A DNA stretch of 64,000 nt from Haliotis cracherodii (taxonomy: Eukaryota): contig NW_027266275.1 of the NCBI RefSeq assembly GCF_022045235.1, positions 7,006,001 through 7,070,000 on the forward strand, read 5' to 3'. Under the pieces are notes generated by a model that had not been told where the DNA came from, made no database searches, and saw nothing but the letters and a program-made list of their open reading frames with translations. The position numbers and the translations under genes are program-made. This document shows, one piece after another, positions 1 to 13,000 of this stretch. The first letter of the stretch is position 1. Every line of letters starts with the position of its first letter.

Positions 1-382
1 GGAAGTTAGACAAACACAAATGACGCGTTAATGTTTTGATGCTGTTGTTATCACTACACTGGGATGTTCCGTTTAATGTAGCAGGATGGCACCATTAATT
101 CATGGATAGTGTCAAACAGTTATTCTTTGCTACGTTTATGCTCCTGTATTCTCGAAATACTTGCGTTAAGAGGCAAAACCTTTGCTACTGTTTGATAGCC
201 AGAAGCACTTATTATTGATCGAGATATTCACATAACTATTCACACGCAACTGAGCAGCCACTTGGGCGTCTTTGTTGTTTGCCGAACACATGATTCACAA
301 TTTATTTAAATGTTTGTTTTTAAACTGAAATGATGTTACACTATAGCTTTAAGAGCATTAGCCTATTCTCGTCCCTATCAAG

Positions 383-3300
383 GTGTGCCCGTCCTTCCGG
401 TTCAACACAATGAGCTCCTACACTCTACATCAGTGTACATGACTTGTGACAATGGCGAGATTGTTTCCTCACTGCTGAGATGTGATGGGAGGAGAGACTG
501 TTTGGATGGCACAGATGAGCAGGAATGTGGTGTGTACACAATATTTTCTTAAGATTCAATTTCAACACCATGCCGAGATGTTTACATGTACGTCACCGCA
601 GAGTTTTGTGTTTCAGCAGCCAGGATCCGGATTTCAGTCCTAGATTACGATCCTTCGTTTTTTAGAACCACACACGTGTTCGTGGGTTTCGCCTAAATTG
701 TACTCGTCTACCACTCTCGTCAGTTTAGCTTTCCCTGACGATAAACTTATATAACTGAAAAACTGTTGCGTAAATTGCAACTCACTCACTCACTCACTCA
801 CTACCTCCGTGGTCAAGCTGATGGAGATCTCTCGCCGCCTTTTTAAAAACGTTAAAATATGGTGCTTGTTACCCTGCCTGGCGCTCAGCGTTAAGGGCAT
901 AAAACAAGAACCGTAGTCAGTATGCTGTGCCTGAGTTGTGTGTCCTTGTTAAACTACGACATGATATCTCAGTGAGCTAGCAATATTAAAACCGACAATA
1001 GNNNNNNNNNNNNNNNNNNNNNNNNNNNNNNNNNNNNNNNNNNNNNNNNNNNNNNNNNNNNNNNNNNNNNNNNNNNNNNNNNNNNNNNNNNNNNNNNNNN
1101 NNNNNNNNNNNNNNNNNNNNNNNNNNNNNNNNNNNNNNNGCACGCACATATACACGCACGCACACACACGCACGCACACACACGCACGCACACACACACA
1201 CATACACACACGCATACGCACACACATGTACGTCGCTATAATTATAAGTGCAATAATCGTGAACGCTACGTTAAACCCGATTTTCCCTCACTCCTACAAA
1301 GTAGACACACGTGTAGGGCTTCTGTCAAAGGCAGACAGAGTGCATTTGCGGGGGATAAAGTAATCATACATAAATCATATTATAAATGGCGTTTCATAAG
1401 ACATCCACAGAACCTTGCATGTATGTCAACACATTCACTATTGCTGGCTGATACGACTGTTCAATACAGTTAATTACACTTGCAAGTATGTCTGGAAATG
1501 TGTCACTCGGACTTCTCCAGATAGTGAATGCAGTCGCGATCAGTACAAGTGTGACAACGGCAGATGCATCTCCATCAGCCTCTACTGTGACTACGTCAAC
1601 GACTGTGGTGACTACTCTGACGAGGAGCAATGTGGTAAGTCACGTCGCTAAAACGCAAATCCTTGATTACCTTTTCTTCTCACAGAATCACAGACACCCG
1701 ACAATTGGTCTGATGGAGATTCAGACGCTGTCATCGATTTGTGTCTTCATTTGTTTTTGTTTTGTTTATTAAAGATCTTTGAGAATTAAAAATGAAAATG
1801 TTCTTCGTTTAAGAATAGAAATATAACGAAAGTCCTAAAATACCCCTGATACTAATTATGACGATAAAACGACCATTCCCTTCGTTGTGTGTATCCTGTG
1901 CCACGTGGGTGAAACTGCATTATCAATCGACCTGATTGGGGAAAATGAGGTCACTCCAATTACAAACTGGAGATATCTCCGTCATTTTTCACAATTGGCA
2001 TTTGTCATGATTAAGTTGCATGTTATGGGTGGTTATAATTATTCCCCTTCCAATCCCTAAGGTGAACAGTATTGTTTTATTAAAAAGTTTGAATATGTTA
2101 TATTTGACAGCAACACCGGGACCCATATGTATAAATTACGAAATTTCAGTAGGTTCGCTAACCGATATCTCTTTTCAAACATTTCGGCGCACTTTATTGT
2201 CACATATAGTGATCGAAACAGCGGGGCCCATATTTGTAAATCTTTGGATGGATCAGTATGGATTTACAACTTCAGTGTTTCTGCGGTTGGAATGAAATCC
2301 TCAGTAGCATTTAGCAATTATGTTGTGTGAACTACATAAAATATGATTGGGTCGAGACATTTAACTGCCCCACCCACCTCCTACACCCACACACATGTCT
2401 TTCATAGTGTTTCTCTTAACTTGTAAGCAGCAACATCTCGATGTATTAATATATCGTTTTCAGTTTCAACAAAATCATTAAACGCCCTATCGTGTCACTG
2501 CATTGTCTGGTCACGATCGTTGGATTGTCTGGTCAGGACTCGATTGCTTGCAGCCTGCCGTCGTATGGCATGAGTACTTATTTAACGTACTATGTATTCT
2601 CTGTAAGTTCGTTTAGTTTCGAATGTGAGGCCCCTTTGAACTATCGTTGAGGCAATCAGAGTTTCGCCCCCACGTGTGACTGTGTCACTCTGCAGGTTAT
2701 CACTATTTTAAATGTGCATCATGCATATGACTAGAAATAAAATACAATCAGTGAATTGATACAAGAACCAGCAAAACGTTTCCTTATTTGCACATGGAGT
2801 AAAGGCATCAACCTGTTAATCCTGTTCCAGTGCCTAACCCGTGCAGTGGCGGCTGGTCTTGCGAGAACGGACAATGTATATCGACTGGGGAGAGATGTGA
2901 CATGTTTGAAAACTGTATGGATGGCACTGATGAACAGAACTGTGGTAGGCAATATCTTCATTCTGCAGGAACAGTAGTGAGTGAGTGAGTGAGTTTGGTT
3001 TAACGCCGCTTTAAACTGTATTACAGTTATATCACGGCGTGTCAGCCAAATGCGGGAGGAAAGTCCTAAGTGATGCAGGTCTCAGACGTTAACGACTTGA
3101 GAGAAACCCAAGAGTACGGGTAAGGTGTTGACAAACCTAGAAATATAAAGGGGGCAAGCGACCCAACTGTGCTCATCGAACTGCGACACCTTAAACGACC
3201 GGGCTACCCGTGTTCCCACTGGTAAGGCCCTCTTTATATCGGCGACTGAATGCATTTGAACAGTGTTTCAATTGAATCCCTCGGCGTGTCATCTTGATGT

Positions 3301-4028
3301 AGGTGAACCAGATAGACGATAGATGGTGACACCATCGAGCAAGGTAACATATAGATAACCAAGATTTGTATTAAGTGCGAGATCGAACCCACGACATGCG
3401 GAACTTCATGTGGGACCCTCACCTTTGACCACTGAAACATCTTGATTCAGTAAATATCATCAGTGATGACATGAATCAACCAAGTCAGCGAGCCTGACCA
3501 ACCGATCCCGTTAGTCGCCTTTGACGACAAACATAGTAGCCTTTCACGAAAAGCATAGGTTGCTGAAGACCTATTCTACCCCGGATATTAACGGGACGTT
3601 TGTCATAAGAGTCGACTAAAATAAGAATTCCTTCGATAGAATGTTTGAACAGTCTGGTTTCGAGTCATCGTTGATCGACACCTATATCGGCCGTTCTTTA
3701 TTTGGTCAAGACTCGCAATCAACGTAATGGATTTTCTTGTGATTGTGACCACCTGATTTCAAAGTAAGTCATGTCTGTGACTTTAATCATACTGAAACAT
3801 GGTCTTGGTACTCTAAAGTATTTCTGGCCGCCTCCGTGGTAGAGCGTCCGCCTGGAGAGCGAAATGTCCGGGGTTCGATCCGCCGCATCATACCAAATAT
3901 TGGTACTTGTTGTTTCCCTGCCTGGCGCTCGGCATTAAGGGGCTAAAACCAGAACTGGTCGGCTCGGTATCTCATTGGGCTACCACTATAAAATCGGTAT
4001 CATTCCGGACTAGCATAAGCAACCCCCC

Positions 4029-4077
<49 letters not shown>

Positions 4078-7000
4078 ATGCATGTCACTATGTAAGCGCA
4101 ATAATCTTGGACGCGACGCTAAACCCCATTCACCTCATCTCTCCTCTTAAGTATATCTAAATCATTTTTTTTTCGGCAGATACTTGTTATAGTTTTGAGT
4201 GCCATGATGGTCGTTGTATCCCTAATTTCTGGAAGAATGATGACATCGTCGACTGTGACGGTACGAAGCGGGAGGATGAAACCTGTCCACCTGAAGACAA
4301 GCCCTCTCTCAATCTCACGGAGCCCTCTAGTAAGTAGGTTCATAAGTGTAAGTAAAGTACTCTGCAGGCCGTATTTTCAGTTGTAGTATGGCACTAAGGC
4401 ATATTTAAACATATGTGTAACATTTGGTAAATGTTCTACTGCTTCGCCTTTCTTACTTTGTAATAGAAGGCAATGCTTAATTTCTATTTCCATTTCTTGG
4501 AATAATATTTGCCATGGGAAGCGTATGAGGTGTTGGACGTCCACACTGTGGTTATTCTGAGTAACTGGATATAGAAACACCAAGTTTTACTTCAGACATC
4601 CTTGCCGTAAAAGACGACTATGCTTGTCGTAAGAGAGACTAACGGGATCGGGGGGTCAGGCTCCCTGACTTGGTTGATGCATGTCATCGTATCCCAAATG
4701 CTTGGATCGATGCTCATGATGTCAGTCACTGTCCAGACTTGCCGTCATACAGCTGGAATATTTCTAAGTGTGGCGTTTAAAAACAAACAAACAAATCGGA
4801 GAAGCTTCGTACAAGTAATATAATGTTATTTATGTCCACAGATCAGTATCCGCTGAAGATAAATGGAACGACAAACCTTTCTTGTCTGAGGGTGCCAGAT
4901 ATATTTGGAAAAGTTTCAGCGTCTTTTGATGGAAATAACATTGATAATTGTTGTAGGTTCATAATCTGTTTGGTCGTAGTTACTTAAAAATTGGCAATAG
5001 TTTTTTTTATTAATCGTTTGAAAATATAACTGCTAAACATTCAACAGAGTGCCGTCAACTGTCTCTGATTCAGATTATTTATGAATGACGGAATACATTT
5101 TACATGTCCATATACGTATAATGAGTAGTCAGCGTATTATTTTAGCATTTCAATTACCTTGCCCACTAAATGTTATCAATACTAAAACGGTTAAATGGTC
5201 AGCTGTGAATGATGAACCAATGAATCTGCATTTTCAAGCGTTAGCAGAGTGCCCTGCAGGATTCTACACGTGTCCGGGCACCTACTGCATCCCTGTCTAT
5301 CTTGTGTGTAATGGCGTCACAGACTGTCCCAGAGGAGAGGATGAACACCAGTGCGGTAAGATGATGTTGTGTGTAATGGCGTCACAGACTGTCCCAGAGG
5401 AGAGGATGAACACCAGTGCGGTAAGATGATGTTGTGTGTAATGGCGTCACAGACTGTCCCAGAGGAGAGGATGAACACCAGTGCGGTAAGATGATGTTGT
5501 GTGTAATGGCGTCACAGACTGTCCCAGAGGAGAGGATGAACACCAGTGCGGTAAGATGATGTTGTGTGTAATGGCGTCACAGACTGTCCCAGAGGAGAGG
5601 ATGAACACCAGTGCGGTAAGATGATGTTGTGTGTAATGGCGTCACAGACTGTCCCAGAGGAGAGGATGAACACCAGTGCGGTAAGATGAGTGTTGAAGGA
5701 ATGTCTAGACTGAAATACTTGTCAGTGTCGCATAACTGGATTTGTTATATCTGTATAATACACAGGACAATACGTGTAGTGGTTCCTTGAGTTTGGAACA
5801 CTTAAGTGATCAATGGTGATGAAAAGCAGTGACTATATCACAACCCTATGTAACAAAGGTCGATCTCTACCCTATGTAACAAAGGTCGATCTCTACCCTA
5901 TGTAACAAACGTCTATCTCTACCCTATGTAACAAACGTCTATCTCTACCCTATGTAACAAAGGTCTATCTCTACCCTAAGTAACAAAGGTCTATCTCTAC
6001 CCTATGTAACAAACGTCTATCTCTACCATATGTAACAAAGGTCGATCTCTACCCTATGTAACAAACGTCTATCTCTACCCTATGTAACAAACGTCTATCT
6101 CTACCCTATGTAACAAAGGTCTATCTCTACCCCAAGTAACAAAGGTCTATCTCTACCCTATGTAACAAAAGTCGATCTCTAACCTATGTAACAAAGGTCT
6201 ATCTCTACCCTATGTAACAAAGGTCTATCTCTAACCTATGTAACAAAAGTCTATCTCTAACCTATGTAACAAAGGTCTATCTCTAACCTATGTAACAAAG
6301 GTCTATCTCTAACCTATGTAACAAAGGTCTATCTCTACCCTATGTAACAAAGGTCTATATCTAACCTATGTAACAAAGGTCGATCTCTACCCTATGTAAC
6401 AAAGGTCTATCTCTACCCTATATAACAAAGGTCTATCTCTAACCTATGTAACAAAGGTCTATCTCTACCCTATGTAACAAACGTCTATCTCTACCCTATC
6501 TAACAAAGGTCGATCTCTAACCTATGTAACAAAGGTCGATCTCTACCCTATGTAACAAACGTCTATCTCTACCCTATGTAACAAACGTCTATCTCTACCC
6601 TATGTAACAAAGGTCTATCTCTAACCTATGTAACAAAGGTCTATCTCTAACCTATGTAACAAAGGTCTATCTCTACCCTATGTAACAAAGGTTTATCTCT
6701 ACCCTATGTAACAAAGGTCTATCTCTACCCTATGTAACAAAGGTCGATCTCTTACATATGTAACAAACGTCTATCTCTACCCTATGTAATAAACGTCTAT
6801 CTCTACCCTATGTAACAAACGTCTATCACTACCCTAAGTAAAAAACGTCTATCTCTACCATATGTAACAGACGTCTATCACTACCCTATATAAAAAAACG
6901 TCTATCGCTACCCTATGTAACAATGGTCTATTTCTAACATATATAACATAGGTCTATCACTACCCTATGAAACAAAGGTCGATCTCTACCCTATGGAACA

Positions 7001-10000
7001 AAGGTCGATCTCTACCATATGTAACAAACATCTATCTCTACCATATGTAAAAAAACCGTCTATCTCAACGCTATGTAACAAAGGTCAATCTCTAACATAT
7101 GTAACAGACGTCTATCTCTACCATATGTAACAAAGGTCTATCTCTACCATATGTAACAACCGTCGATCTCAACCATATGTGACAAAGGTCGATCTCTACC
7201 ATATGTAACAAAGATCCATCTCAACCATATGTAACAAGGTCCACATCTACCATATGTAACAAACGTCTATCTCTAACATATGTAACAAAAGTCGATCTCT
7301 ACCATATGTGACAAAGGTCTCTCTACCATATGTAACAAAGGACAAAAGCGACTGAAAGTTGATGCTTCAAAGCAAATTATTGAATGGTTCTAAATGACCA
7401 TATACATATTTATTGCTGTCCTCTATCAATTCGCCGTACAGAGTTGGCTCGAGTCATCGATTCCCACTGTTTATGAATGATTATTGGGACGTTGAAGTAA
7501 AATCACTCACGCACTCCCTTTCGATTACAAACCCGGACGGCAGATGTACATGAGTGAGTGAGTGAGTTTGATTTTACGCCGCTTTTACCAATATTCCAGC
7601 AATATCACGGCGGGGGACACCAGAAATGGGCTTCACACATTGTACCCATGTCGGGAATCGAACCCGGGTCTTCGGCGTGACGAGCGAACGCTTTAACCAC
7701 TAGGCTACCCGACCGCCCCAGATGTACATGAAGAGGTATCACATTATTCATGATGAACTAAAACAAAACACATGTATTAACCTCATGCTAGATATGTCTC
7801 TTCACAACAGGTCTCTATAGATGTCCTGGTTACTACCGCTGCCAGAAGTCTGGATCATCCATCAACCATTGCATCCACGCTAACGAACTGTGTGACACAA
7901 TTTACCATTGCCCAGAAGGGGATGACGAGAGGTTCTGCCAAAAAACATGTCCTGATGAATGCTCTTGTGTCGGATATTCCATCGTGTGTGAAATGAGAAT
8001 GCCATTAATTTCAAACCTGCCAAAAGCTGCCAGAAGAATCGAACTCCAAAACATTGACATGTCAGAAATGATTCTAGGGTTTGATGGATTTTATTCATTG
8101 GAGAGTCTGAAGATTATTAACTGCAGTTTGAAACGCGTTCCTCAGATATTTCATTCTCTAAATTTACAGTCTTTGGACTTAAGGGAAAATCTAATAACTG
8201 AAATTCCGGAGGGAACCTTTTCAGTTCCTCGACTAAAACATCTCGAATTATCTTTGAACAAAAATCTTCATCGCATTATACCAGGCTCATTTAGTGGTTT
8301 GGGAGCTTTAGAAACGCTCGGTTTATCTGATACTGACATATCCTATTTACCAGTTGACGTTTTTCAAGGTATGCCAAATTTGAAAGAGATCTCAATGGCG
8401 GACACCGACGTTGCTATTATTGAAACTGGAGCATTCAACGGTCTCTCCCAGGTCAATTCATTGAACATTGACGATTGCGAGGTTGAAATCTTTTCTGAAA
8501 ATATGTTCCAAGGCCTTGATCATTTGAAGATACTATATGTTGATACACCCGCGATGTGCTGTGATGGGGTCCGACCTAAAACTGTCCAGAAAGAGGAATG
8601 CTATTCTGAAAATGATAAGATATCAAGTTGTTCTGACTTGATAGGTAGTGACTTGCTCCGTATTTTCCTCTGGATTTTGGCAGTAATGGCAGTTATAGGA
8701 AACTTAGGTGCCCTCGGGTTTAGACTTATATATAACAGGTCTGTGCTCAGGAAAGGGTATGGGATTTTCATCACAAATCTCTGCGTTGCTGATCTGATTA
8801 TGGGTTTATATCTTGTCATCATTGGAGCAGTAGGTTTGTTCTATAAAGGAACCTATATGTGGTATGCATATCATTGGAAACGCAGTTTCCTTTGTCAGTT
8901 TAGCGGAATTCTCTCAACCATTTCCTCAGAGGCTTCCTGTCTCTTCATTTTCTTTGTCACTTTGGACAGATTTTTTGCAACCAAATTCCCTTTTGGCGAA
9001 GTCAGATTCTCTAGGAGATGGGCGGTAGTTGTTTCAGTACTAACGTGGCTCACAGCCATAACATTTTCAGTGACCCCCCTCATGTTTCAAGACTGGAACT
9101 TCTACACAGACAACTCTGTGTGTCTGGCCCTACCATTCTCTGATGACATGACACCAGCGTGGTGTTATGCATTCGCTATCTTTGTATGCTTCAACTTCCT
9201 TGTGTTCCTTCTGATTGCTTTTGGTCAGCTATTCATCTACAGAGTGGTAACTTCACATGCTTTAGTGAAGGATGAGAAGCGGAATGCCCAGGAGTTGGCC
9301 ATTGCAAAACGACTCTTCTTTGTGGCTTTCACAGACTTTTGTTGCTGGTTCCCAATTGGAGTAATGGGTAAATTGATATTTTCTTTTTGTTTCAAAACAA
9401 AAGCCATCTGTTTAGAATTAATGTGCTAGTTTCGAAGGTGTCATTGTCAAAAGAATTTCGCTTGGGTGAAGTCGGCTGGCCTGAAAATTGAAACAGAAGC
9501 CTTTATGTTTGCTGCTCAGGACCAGTCATTTCTCACTCGAAACCGACAATGAGTGTTTTTGCATCAAAATGTAAATATGAAATGTGGATCATATGCAACA
9601 CATTGTCAGTGGATGCCTAGCTTTGGCACGACAATGTTTATGTGCAATGAAATAAATACTTCATAAAATACTTCATTTATCCGAAAATTCGGTTGTTCAT
9701 TCGTTTATCAACCGTGCAAAATACACACTATTGTGTCCCATGGACCGTGACCACGCTTGTTGGCAATTCAAACTCGACAGCCAACATCAAAAGCGGCGGG
9801 TGTCATGTGATCACTGTGTTAATTAGTTACATTAAAAAAATAGTTAGTTTAGTTTAAACATATCATATTCACAAATGGAAAAGAATTAGGAACACGTTAT
9901 CCAACTTAGAACACCCTCTCCTTGGTAATTACATACTGTATTTACAAATGTACGAAAGATGACGTATTATGACAAGTACAGTAAGGAATAATGAGAATAG

Positions 10001-13000
10001 AAAGAAAGTAATATAGAAGCAAAGAGAAAATTAGACAAAGCGTTTGGTCTAATTGAGGTAAGATTGCACTGACTTGTATATAATTATGACTTGTAATTAT
10101 GACTTGTATATTTGTAATTATGACTTGTAATTATGACTTGTATATAATTATAATTTATTCAGTGACATTCGTGCATAATATAAGTCTAGAGCACAATTTT
10201 TCACACATGAATGAGTTCAGCCTTGGATTTTATCTCATTTGGGTAAACAGGGCTATTAAATGTTAATGTGTGGCAGGTTGCCCTAAACTCTCCGTCACAA
10301 CTGTATACAAACAAGTGTATTACATAAACTAGGCTAAATATGCATTTCTTCAGCTGTTTCAACAATATAGGGCATTTTCACAGCATGCCCTGTCGGTCTA
10401 TATAACGCAATATATACTTTCAAAAAAAGAAACTTGACACTGACTTTCAAAATGTAATATAATGCGATTGTTTCAAAATAGGACACAGAAACCATAATTG
10501 AATCACTGTTTGAAGATCAATGTACACAATGTTCAAAACATTAATCGTGTCACCTAGACAGACACACGTACACGATACAGTTAATGTCACAGGGGTACAG
10601 AAAATGTCAGTATCGGTTGTGCCCACCACGTGCATTAATCACCGCTTGACACCGACGACCAATAGATGCAATCAGGTTGTCAATAACACGCTGATGGATG
10701 TGATGCCATCCATGCTGAAGTGCATCAAGAAGCGCGGGAAGTGTTTGGGGCGGTGGATTCCTTCTGCGATCGCGTCGATCCAACTCGTCCCACAGATGCA
10801 CAATCGGGGACAAATCTGATGACCGGGCTGGCCAAGGTAATGTCTGGAAGTTGTTGTGCTGTAAGAAGTTCTGACAAACACCGGTAATATGCGGTCGAGC
10901 GTTGTCCTGCTGGAACTGTCCGCCATGAACGTTGACGTGAGGAAGGACGTAAGGCTGTAGGATCAAGTCTCTGTAACGCACACCTGTCAATGCACCTGCC
11001 ACATGCACGAGAGGCGTCCTACCACCGTGATGAATTCCGGCCCATACCATGACACTCCCGCCGCCAAATGGGACAAACCGCTGCAGACAGTTGGGGGCGT
11101 AACGTTCACCCCGACGTCTGTAGACACGTGCGCGCCCTACAGACAGAGTAGGAAACGGGACTCGTCAGTAAACAGTACATTTCTCCACCTTGCACGTGCC
11201 CATCTAACCCTCTGTTGGCACCAAAGCAGACGGTCCGCCAGATGACGTGGGGTCAATACATGACGTCGAACAGGTCTTCGTGCAAAAAATCCAGCCTCCC
11301 TCAGTCTGTTGCGTACCGTTTGATCTGATATTCTGCGTACCCCAGGGGTCTGTGTGGTTGTAGACGTGGCTGTGGTAGTGCGGTCTCGGAAGTGTCGAAG
11401 CCGGATGTATCGATCTTGTGCTTGGGTTGTCATCCTTGGTCTTCCTGACCTTGGTCTGTCGTCAACTCTGTTGGTGTTGTTGCATCGGGTCCACAGTGCG
11501 GAGATTGTCTGTCTGGATACGCCAAAGTGCCTGGCCACTTCTTGCTGAGTTGATCCAGCTTGTAATCTCCCAATGGCGTTGTTCCGTTGAGCTGCATTCA
11601 GTCTTGGCATTCTGTCACCGCCTCTTCTGCCGTTATAAGGACTGTATGAACAGCCGTTCATGTGGATTTTTATACCCATTGAGCAGGGGGGCCTGCATGC
11701 CTAAATGCAGGATCCTGTGCTGCACGTTTTTTTATAGGCGGTTGCGTTTGGATGAAGCTGTACAATTGATCCCCAAACGCTACGTTCATGTGATTTTCAT
11801 GTGTTTTCGCGAATTATAGACACCTCAGCTTTCTATTTGACTTATTTGGTTCTCATTTAATGTAATTATTTTAGATATTTGGCAAAAAGTGGTTTTACAT
11901 CTGTCAAGTTTCTTTTTTTGAAGAGTATATTTTATTCATAAATCGGTCGATCCTTCATAAATCATACTTTTGACATTCATGTCACATATGCCTCGGTGGA
12001 TTTTGAGTAGGGAATTTTGGTCAGTTAACAAGGGATCGTTATACCCGGACACTCGTTTATCCGGACCAGATTTGAGAAAACGCAAGTGTCCGGATAAGTG
12101 AGGTTCGACTGTATTGGACATTATGGGTCGAATCCACCCAGTGTTGTTTGTTCACAGCGCTACAAGAAAGAGATAGCCATTGGGAGCCGATGCCACAGTA
12201 CAGGTGCTGCATGTGGAAAAGGATTTGAGGTTCATTTTCTGGACCGTTAGCACCGTTGTTTATTTCTGATCTCAGGCTTCTTGCAGGCTGTAGCCACAAT
12301 TAGATATTACTATTAGATACTACTGAAAACTTCTTCATCTTGTGAAGAGGGGACTCGTCTTACATTTCCGCTATCTGCCCTACACCATAGGGATTATAAC
12401 TATACTCTTACGCTTTTAACTTACAACAGGTTCTCTCAAAGTGCACCTCTGATCACTTTTTCTTCGAGGTAAAGCGAGTGCACACAAACTACACATAACA
12501 TCATCGAACACTCTATCTATATTCAGGATTGCTAGCAGCATTTGGTACCGAGATTCCTGATGTTGCCTTCGCTTGGACCTTGGTGTTCATCCTACCTGTT
12601 AACTCTGCCCTCAACCCTCTGGTGTACACACTTCCACTTATAACACAAATGAAGGTAAGCGACAACCTTTCTTTTATCCAGACTCTAGTAAAGATTGTCT
12701 TCTTAAACTTTCACCTCATAATACCTTTGCACTATATCGTAAGGTTTATCAGTGAAGTTTAACTATAGCAAATGAAGTAATATATGAAGCGATCAAAGCT
12801 AAAACTTGAAAGGCTTAAACTTGCATTTATTGAAAAGTGTCTGAAGGATGTGTTATCGTCCGGTTATATGTATATACACTCGTATGTTTTCAACTATAAT
12901 ATATGTGATGTAGGTTGCTGGATTCCTGATGTACAATATATGTGTCAAATATGGTGAAGAACATTAAAACAAGTGGGAGGTATCGATATGGGTACTTAGT

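Larger units (their letters stand above)
803..1292 (+). mobile_element. Degenerate SINE with Meta/MESC-like central domain and internal CA-rich microsatellite
   Basis: Core atggtgcttgttaccctgcctggcgctcagcgttaaggg and tail caataatc..gaacgctacgttaaacc are shared with the copy at 3826-4143. Spans an N-gap. Confidence 0.55.

Noticed and set aside
949-1227. Cys/Val-rich ORFs, and the SPHLT-repeat ORF at 22632-22826
   Set aside because: Translations of microsatellites and N-runs.
5303-7340. Regular repeats as a CRISPR-like array
   Set aside because: Units are head-to-tail with no unique spacers, no cas genes are present, and the context is a eukaryotic intron.
7640-7718. tRNA genes here and at 22027, 27244, 44970 and 3826
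   Set aside because: These are SINE heads: each continues into a shared body and tail, and some copies have target-site duplications.
9368-9429. GPCR ending after TM6 as in ORF 7984-9429
   Set aside because: A donor at 9368 joins in frame to the TM7 exon at 12527; the ORF tail is intron read-through.
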